Shown here piece after piece: positions 22,601-29,600 of a stretch of DNA of 64,000 bases. Within the stretch, counting starts at the first letter, position 1; every line of letters begins with the position of its first letter. Under the pieces are notes generated by a model that was given only the letters and a program-made list of their open reading frames with translations, had not been told where the DNA came from and did not search any database. The DNA comes from Schmidtea polychroa (Eukaryota). Location of the stretch: assembly GCA_044892525.1 (NCBI GenBank), contig CM097887.1, positions 43,896,001 through 43,960,000 of the forward strand, in the 5' to 3' direction. The position numbers were made by a program, and so were the translations under genes.

Positions 22601-23478
22601 CCACAGTTAAAACAGCCTCGCAATTGGCATACATTTTCGGTATGTCCACGCCGTCCGCAACGATTACAATTTGAATTTCTATAACAATCTCTGTCCCAGT
22701 GTCCTGGTTTACCGCATGTTCGGCACTGCTTGTTATCGTTCATATTTCGCCGATTATTGAAATTGTTCTCATTATTCGGGTTGTTACGATTACCATTATT
22801 CCCGTTTGATCGTCCTTGTGGTGGTTTGAAAATTTGGTGCGCTCCTGGTATAAATTGATTCATTTTCGGTTCTTGATTGTTGTTATCTCCGTTATCCGCT
22901 TTCGCTATTGCTGTCGCTATCCTTCCCTCCTCTTGCATAATATTCATTTGAGCTGGAAGGTGGAGCTCGCATCTTGTAGCCCAATCTATGGCTTCCTCTA
23001 ATGTTTTGCACATTTGACAACCTACTGAGGCTCTTACTTCTTCTCGGCGTAATCCCTCTATGAAATAACCGATCAGATTTTCTTCGGGTAATTTTCCATT
23101 CATTGCTTTCTTCGCTAATCTCCGCAATTCACTGGCATATAATGTTATCGATTCGTTTGCTCTTTGTTTCCTATTTGCTAGTTCGCCCAACGCCTGGTTG
23201 ATTGGCTTACTGGCTCCGAAGGTTTTCTTCAGGAATGTTTTAATATCTTCCCACTTTTCTAATTTCGTGTCTCTCTCTTTAGCTTCTAAATATACCTCTA
23301 ATGCACTATCGCACAAAAACAACGGCATCCTTTTACTAATTGCTTCGGGTGTCCATCCACACACAGTGATATAAACTTCAAAATTAGTTATGAACGATGC
23401 TAGCTTGTTTGCGTTTCCGTTGAACGGTTCTCCTCTGAACTTCTCTTTATACTCGTCGGTTTTTACGACATTCGTCAT
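9625..23478 (-). CDS. 4,617-aa Gag-accessory-Env-Pol-accessory polyprotein
   Basis: Single uninterrupted ORF containing CA-like region, CCHC knuckles, DTG protease, YIDD RT, TDAS RNase H and HHCC/DDE integrase, plus the extra domains listed separately. Confidence 0.97.
   Translation of the reverse strand: [4617 protein letters not shown]
11085..12625 (-). other. Two ankyrin-repeat modules downstream of integrase
   Basis: [30 protein letters not shown]; then [29 protein letters not shown]. Confidence 0.85.
12910..13945 (-). other. Integrase (HHCC, DDE core, GPY/F C-terminus)
   Basis: HDGRLGGH...CLTC; [38 protein letters not shown]. No chromodomain seen. Confidence 0.96.
14240..15480 (-). 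other. Reverse transcriptase and RNase H
   Basis: [96 protein letters not shown]. Confidence 0.97.
15960..16310 (-). other. Retropepsin aspartic protease
   Basis: [12 protein letters not shown] ... IIGTDLM. Confidence 0.95.
16780..18690 (-). other. Envelope-like class III fusion glycoprotein (chuvirus G / herpes gB-like) with internal signal peptide and TM anchor
   Basis: Signal [18 protein letters not shown] then FTIYDCD...YSLRDIEEC...YYCGQYSY...DGSCNGG...C-x6-C Cys pattern typical of chuvirus-type G; TM [25 protein letters not shown] at about 16880-16970. Confidence 0.8.
18796..19263 (-). other. Bcl-2-like domain (BH2-like motif clear, BH1 degenerate)
   Basis: All-helical segment ending [15 protein letters not shown] (BH2 consensus WIxxxGGWxxF); [22 protein letters not shown] sits at BH1 spacing but lacks NWGR. 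Confidence 0.55.
19820..21485 (-). other. Three ubiquitin-like domains (about 21270-21485, 20710-20963, 19820-20016)
   Basis: Beta-grasp pattern, e.g. [30 protein letters not shown]...[14 protein letters not shown] and [30 protein letters not shown]...[11 protein letters not shown], which parallel ubiquitin [30 protein letters not shown]...LIFAGKQLEDGRTLSDYNI. The first copy is the weakest. Confidence 0.65.
22570..23478 (-). other. Gag: capsid-like region plus three CCHC zinc knuckles
   Basis: [18 protein letters not shown] (major-homology-like); [42 protein letters not shown] at about 22570-22730. Confidence 0.9.
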
Positions 23479-24785
23479 GATTGGTGTTCTAGGTTCGTCT
23501 GTTTCTTTTAAATTGTCTAACGATGTGACTAAACTTTGGGCTGATAATTCCTCGGTTGACGTTGCTAAACTATTAGTGATATCGGACAGACTTTCTCTAC
23601 TTCGAGATCGACTAGGGGTATATCCGAGATTTTCTTGGTCAAATATGGGTACTTGATTGGTTCTTCTGGATCCTTGTGATATTCCTCTTTGATGTTTAAT
23701 GGATCGTCCTCTTTTGAGTTGTTGTAATTCGTCTCCTGAAAATAATACGTCTCCTGGCTTACTAGAAGATCTAAGATTGGGTTTATCCGTGATTCCTTTC
23801 TTACGCTTCTTGGTAATTAGCGGCTATTGAATTGGACGCGTTCGGTTCTGATTGTGTTTCCTTCGATAAATATTCTGTATGAATCTGCTACTGAGATCCT
23901 GAGGAGATTTACTAATCCTTGGCAGATGGCTGCTAATACTTCTTCCGTTCTGGAGTCTTCCGGTTGCTGTGTCTCTCGGTGCGGGTTCTGAATGGATTTA
24001 TCCTTGGTTGATTGTCGATTTCTTCGAATTCCTTTTGTGCAGGTTCTGGATTGTCTTGGTTGGCTGGATTGGCTTGATATCTAAAATGAAAAAATGATCT
24101 CGTGTTGCATTTGCTTACACGACTTCATCATTCTTTCTACAACATTCAAAAACAGACGCCTTTTAGGTTTCTGTTTGTGCTTCCCCTATCTTTTTGTGAA
24201 ATCCTTTCTGCGGGTTATAATATCCCATCAGCCCGTATTTTCCGTCGATTTTAAATTATCTATATGGGGTAGTAACAATTATCTATAAAGTCGTAATAAT
24301 TATCTATTCGTTATCAATTATAGTAAAAATAGGTCGTTGTCAGTCTCTGCTTATTACCCCCCTTCGTTTTCTTATTCCTTTGCGCTGTTGTCGCTGTTTT
24401 ACTTTTCGTATTTACTATTATCCCACTCGGTTCTACTCTGGAACCGGTAAAAATACATTTTCCCGGTTTACCCAAAAAAAAATTCCGTAGAGTTTCTCTA
24501 CTTCACTGGGATCCCTTTAATTAGTTAGTTACTTTCCTCTTTACTCATTATCATCATTTCATCTATTCTTTATTTTCTATTATCTCTTTAATTCGTTTCC
24601 TTCTTCCCTTTCCTTTTTCATTATAATCTTATTTTCTTTTCCACGAGCTCGTTTATTTCCTCTCTAAACTCAAATTTTCAAAATTACATTCAATTTGTTC
24701 TAGCTAGCTTTAATATTCCATATCACTAGTAATTTAAATATTATCTCATTGTAGCTTAACTGCTATCTCTCGCTTTTCTAGGCCT

Positions 24786-25264
24786 TTACGACTGGCTGGC
24801 ACTATTCAACAGCTCAATCTTCTTCCTTCTGATCGGTTAGACTATTCAACAACTCGATCTTACGACTGGCTGGCATTATTCAACAGCTCAATCTTCCTCC
24901 TTCCTGATCGGTTGGACTTTTCACAACTCGACCTTACGACTGGCTGGCACTATTCAACAGCTCAATCTTCTTCCTTCTGATCGGTTGGACTATTCAACAA
25001 CTCGATCTTACGACTGGCTGGCACTATTCAACAGCTCAATCTTCCTCCTTCCTGATCGGTTGGACTTTTCACAACTCGACCTTACGACTGGCTGGCACTA
25101 TTCAACAGCTCAATCTTCTTCCTTCTGATCGGTTGGACTTTTCACAACTCGACCTTACGACTGGCTGGCACTATTCAACAGCTCAATCTTCTTCCTTCTG
25201 ATCGGTTGGACTATTCAACAACTCGATCTTACGACTGGCTGGCACTATTCAACAGCTCAATCTT
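24786..25264. repeat. Tandem array of about 6.5 copies of a 73-74 bp unit in the 5' leader
   Basis: ttacgactggctggc starts at 24786, 24860, 24934, 25008, 25082, 25155, 25229; no unique spacers. Confidence 0.95.
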
Positions 25265-25843
25265 CAATATTCCTCGCTCTGCATGCTTCTATTTCTCTTT
25301 TCTTCTTTTACTCTAGTTTACCATTTTCTCTGTCTACTTTTAATTTGTCGACTTAATCTTTACCGCTTGGGAGTGTTTCCCCTTTCCCCCCTTGCTCAAA
25401 ACGCACGACGATCGCGATGATCCATTTCTACCTTGGCATGGTGATCAGTCATGTCGCAAAAACTTCTCATCATATGCGATGGTACCCCGCCCTACGCTTC
25501 TTACTTGGGTTGATCAGTTATCCCCTCCCAACGGGTTCTTGCAATAAGACGTACCGCCCGAAGGTGGCTCGGTTTGTACCCCTGCAGTCTATATTGGGAC
25601 TAATTCCACGTTATTCAACCCTCTCTTCATTTGATTCCAAAAAAAAAAAGGAATAAAACAAAACAAACACGCAAATATTCATTCGTCATGCAAATTTTAT
25701 TAGTCCTAATCATCAAAACTTTTTAAAGACGAATTTATTTATCATAAACATAAAGATTGAATCATTAACAGTACGTGTTACTTCAACAATTTCATGCATT
25801 CTTGTTCAAACATCGTATACTTGCTGTTACATCGCCGGCCGTT

Positions 25844-26329
25844 TCATTCGCCATAATAGACCATATGGGTCTCTTTTATTTCATATTTGCACATCGTGCA
25901 TCTTTTTAGGTCTTTTACACACTCTTCACAGTGACTGAGGTGTCCACACGGCAAGAATAATACGCGAATAGGACGGAGTTTGCAGGCTATACAAGTTCGT
26001 AATTGGTTAACTTTTTCCTGTATTTTTTGTTCGATTGCATCTGGTATTGTATTTAGTGAGTCTTTTAGACGCTGATAATCTAGATTTAATGTTGGGTGGT
26101 TCAATCTCTCTTGATACCACTGATATACGGTTTCGGGGTTTATTTTTCCATCTGGGCGACTTAGGCCTGTGGCTAATATCATATGATTAGGTACGACTGG
26201 TGTTTGTCCGATTGCTTGCAGTAATATCGCGTTGATTTTTTCTCTTTTATGCGTCAGTGTTGTTAGGGAGTCGTTTTCTATATCGATAAACTTGAGCAGT
26301 TGTTGCATTTGGTTCGCGAATTCTGTCAT
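25844..26329 (-). CDS. 161-aa protein with C-terminal IAP/XIAP-type C3HC4 RING, no BIR domain
   Basis: CIACKLRPIRVLFLPCGHLSHCEECVKDLKRCTMCKYEI at the extreme C-terminus, preceded by helix QKIQEKVNQLRT. Confidence 0.85.
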   Translation of the reverse strand: MTEFANQMQQLLKFIDIENDSLTTLTHKREKINAILLQAIGQTPVVPNHMILATGLSRPDGKINPETVYQWYQERLNHPTLNLDYQRLKDSLNTIPDAIEQKIQEKVNQLRTCIACKLRPIRVLFLPCGHLSHCEECVKDLKRCTMCKYEIKETHMVYYGE

Positions 26330-26646
26330 AGCTGTTGGAAAAGTAATGTTTTAATAATATGTAGTAAATTAATAGTTAATTCGTTAATTGGTTTCTTTAA
26401 CCATTGTTAATTATTTAATTTGACTACTTTATCTCCTTTATTTATATATATCCTTAATTTTTCTATTATCTACATTTTGATTTTCTCTACTTAGTTCCTA
26501 ATATAATTTAATAATCAATAGTCACTTTGCATTCGTCAAGCAATGGTCGGTTGAAAATAGAAAATCGATGTGATAAATCCCTTTAATTTTGTATGAAAAT
26601 CCCGGTGAATTTCGCATTCGTTAATAGAAATTTCGATCGACTGTAG

Positions 26647-26664
26647 ATCCCGGCTGAGCCCCCA
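26647..26664 (-). promoter_or_regulatory. Primer-binding site, tRNA-Pro type
   Basis: Minus strand TGGGGGCTCAGCCGGGAT, 7 nt after the 5' LTR; 16/18 identical to the MLV tRNA-Pro PBS TGGGGGCTCGTCCGGGAT and complementary to a ...CCCGGCTGAGCCC-CCA tRNA 3' end. Confidence 0.88.
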
Positions 26665-26671
26665 AAAATCA

Positions 26672-29600
26672 TGTTGGGGTTACACCTCGGCTGACCATTC
26701 TACCATGTTGGCGGGTCTAAGGGTTGATTGTCCATCTCGAATAAAAGGTGCCACCGATTTGTCAACCTGGAGTGAAACCCCACATAACTTTCTTCCAACA
26801 TAGTGCCCGTGAATCACTTCACGTTGGTACTGCACTATGCAGGCGAGACGCCAGCAAGCAGGTGAGCTTCTGCCTTAAAACTACTCCTTGCTGAGGCCTC
26901 GACTTCCCATTCACGACTGCCGATAGAAGGGCTTACGTCCATTTCCTTACACAACCACCTATCAGGATTCGCTGAATGCAAATTGGGAAATTCTCACTAG
27001 ATCTTGCGGGTTCTCTACTCAACCCACTTAATTCAAGTCTAATTATTCATGAACGAAAACGTGTAAGACAACAAGATTTATTAATTTCAACGTTATGACA
27101 CAAGGATTCAGCTGTACTCTTTACTAATGTTTGTCGAAAGAAGAGAAAACATCATAATCAACATAGATCGGATCCTTGTTCCTCATCCTGACCGCCACTG
27201 GGGTTTTATTGTTTCTCCCATTCAGTGTCGGCGAATAATTCGTCGAGGTTGAAAAACTCGGAAGCGTTCTCTTCCCACCTTACGCCAGCGGCTGATATGA
27301 TTCGCGCTGAGGGTCCCGTTGTTAGGTCGATGGACACGTGAGAGTTGCCACCGTTGGTTGAGTCCTCTATTGATGGGATGTTTGGCTTTGCAGTAGCGCG
27401 CTCGCGCTGTCTCTTCTTGCGCTCTGCACGAGAGAGTTGTTTGCGCTTGGGTTTGCTTGAAGATGCCACTTGCAGAAGGGTGACTGATACAGATGGACTA
27501 GCAGTGGGGGGCTTACTGGTACCCGTGATGACAACATCTGGACGCTTGGGGGACCATTCGGTTTCGACGCAGTCTCGGCACGGTCTCTTGAACGGTGGAG
27601 ATGGATTCGAGGAAAGGTTGTGATGAGGCGGAAAGATGTCATCGGCCTCTCGGATGGGAATCTGCACGATTTTTCGGGTTGTAGCCGCCTGCACGTAAAC
27701 CTTATGCAGTGCCTCGGATTGTTCTCTGATTAGACTTCTTTGGGCACGGCTCTCAGATATAAGCGCGTCCCGGCAATGCTCGCTACGATCGAGCTTCTTT
27801 TGGATCTCTTTCATCCGAGCGGGACTAAACCATGTCCCTTCCAGCTCGTCTATCTTCCTCTTGTAACGTCCAATCTGAGTTTGTAGGTCCTTTATCACCG
27901 TATTTTTATCCGCGCACGAGAAGCACGGCCGTAATGCTGATTTAGTGGTTGGTAGCATGCTTGCTATAAATAATACTAATGAAATGGAGAACATACGATT
28001 TTAGAATAAATTAGATACGACCCGCGTCCATTCGTGGATACTTGACCGTCGAAAAGGAGGAAAACTTATTCTACAATCCGGTTTTACTACGGATCTTAGT
28101 TGTTAAAACAGTTTATTTAACCAAATGCCATCGGTTTGACGCATGTTATTAACTTTGACTATCTATTGATCTAACTGTATGCATGAGGGACGTAATAATT
28201 GATAGGGTGTAAATATAATATTGGTGAAACAATATAATAATGCTTTAGTAGAGGGACATTATAGTATGCGACCAAACCTTGCTATATGTTATCTATTTTA
28301 ATTTATTAAAAACAAATTACTATCGCTCTCAACATATTTCTGATTCGAAATTTGTTATTGGAAGTGCACTTTTAATTCGGTAGTGAATGTGATTATCTAT
28401 GTTGTCTACCATTGGTCTGAAAATATGTGATGAGTTTACATCAGCCATTACTTTAACACCCTCATGGAAAATCCCATCGGTCATAACATATATCCAAATT
28501 TACGGATACTGCTGTCGACTGGTTGATTACATTATCGACCTATTGTGAATGTCACGTGTCGCGACTACTATGTATGCTAGTCTGATATTCTGTGCTCTCA
28601 CCACATGGATTCGTGTATGGCTACTATCTTATCTCACTCACTTGGTGTATGCCATTTTCACGGTGATTTTATCGATCCTGCTGTCGTATGATTTTCTCTG
28701 CACAGTGATTTATTTGAGTTATGATCTATGCTACCGCCAGTTCTCATCGCGGAGTTTTACCCTTATCAACTTGTGTGAATGATCACCATCGTTTGGAAAT
28801 TTATTGGATCTTTTCAGTGATCGTCGAGGGAATAATTCTACCAAATACTGGAGCATATTACTACTCTCGTCATTCTACTCGGATTTTCCTATTCAGATGT
28901 AATGCCGTCTCGATGAAACCTGTCCTTTTCTCTCAGGTTCAATAATTTGGATATATACAGTGATGACCTGGCTCTTATTGTAGAAATAAATGTTATTAAT
29001 TAAATTTGGTGATATTTTACCTGTTTATAATTTTTGAAATAACTAAGTCTATAAAACTTTCTGATTATAATATTAGAGAAGTTTTCGTAGAATCTCGCAT
29101 TTTATAGTTTCGAGTTAGTTAAAGTTTTTAGAATACTTTCGTAACCTGACATACAATCTGGACAGGTTAGATGACATTGGGTCTATGATAATGGAATTTC
29201 ATACGAATTTAGTTCTACTGAGTCCGGCAAATAGACGTTGTCGCAATTAATTTGATAAAACCATGTTTCCAGATGAAGCGTACTATGAGATGTTGTTATT
29301 TTTGACGAAGTTCACTAAATCGTGGTCTGGATCTCTTTTTTCAATAGGGGTAAGACTTACGAAAACGACTTGACGAAAGAAGAATGCGACGCCCTCAATC
29401 ACTGTGCAAATCCTTGAAAATCCCTTCATTCGTATGACTATCTTTGTGAAATCATTGTCTACCGGTTATTTTTTTTATCCATACCCCATTGTGATAATTT
29501 AGTCGCATCTTCAGCGATAGGACCCGTGAAGAAGCCTTCACATTTCGGCCCAATCTAGCTGCGCGATTGAAATACTCCATGTCCACCGGCTGAGCTCCCG

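Noticed and set aside
5278-23656. Numerous plus-strand ORFs of 60-150 aa (Phe/Ser/Leu-rich) overlapping element genes
   Set aside because: They are antisense shadows of A-rich, Lys/Glu-rich coding sequence and show no domains.
24786-25264. Regularly spaced repeats resembling a CRISPR array
   Set aside because: Units are contiguous near-identical copies with no unique spacers, there are no cas genes, and the context is a eukaryotic retroelement.
26647-26664. tRNA-Pro gene
   Set aside because: Only the 18-nt 3'-end match including CCA is present, with no cloverleaf; it is a PBS.
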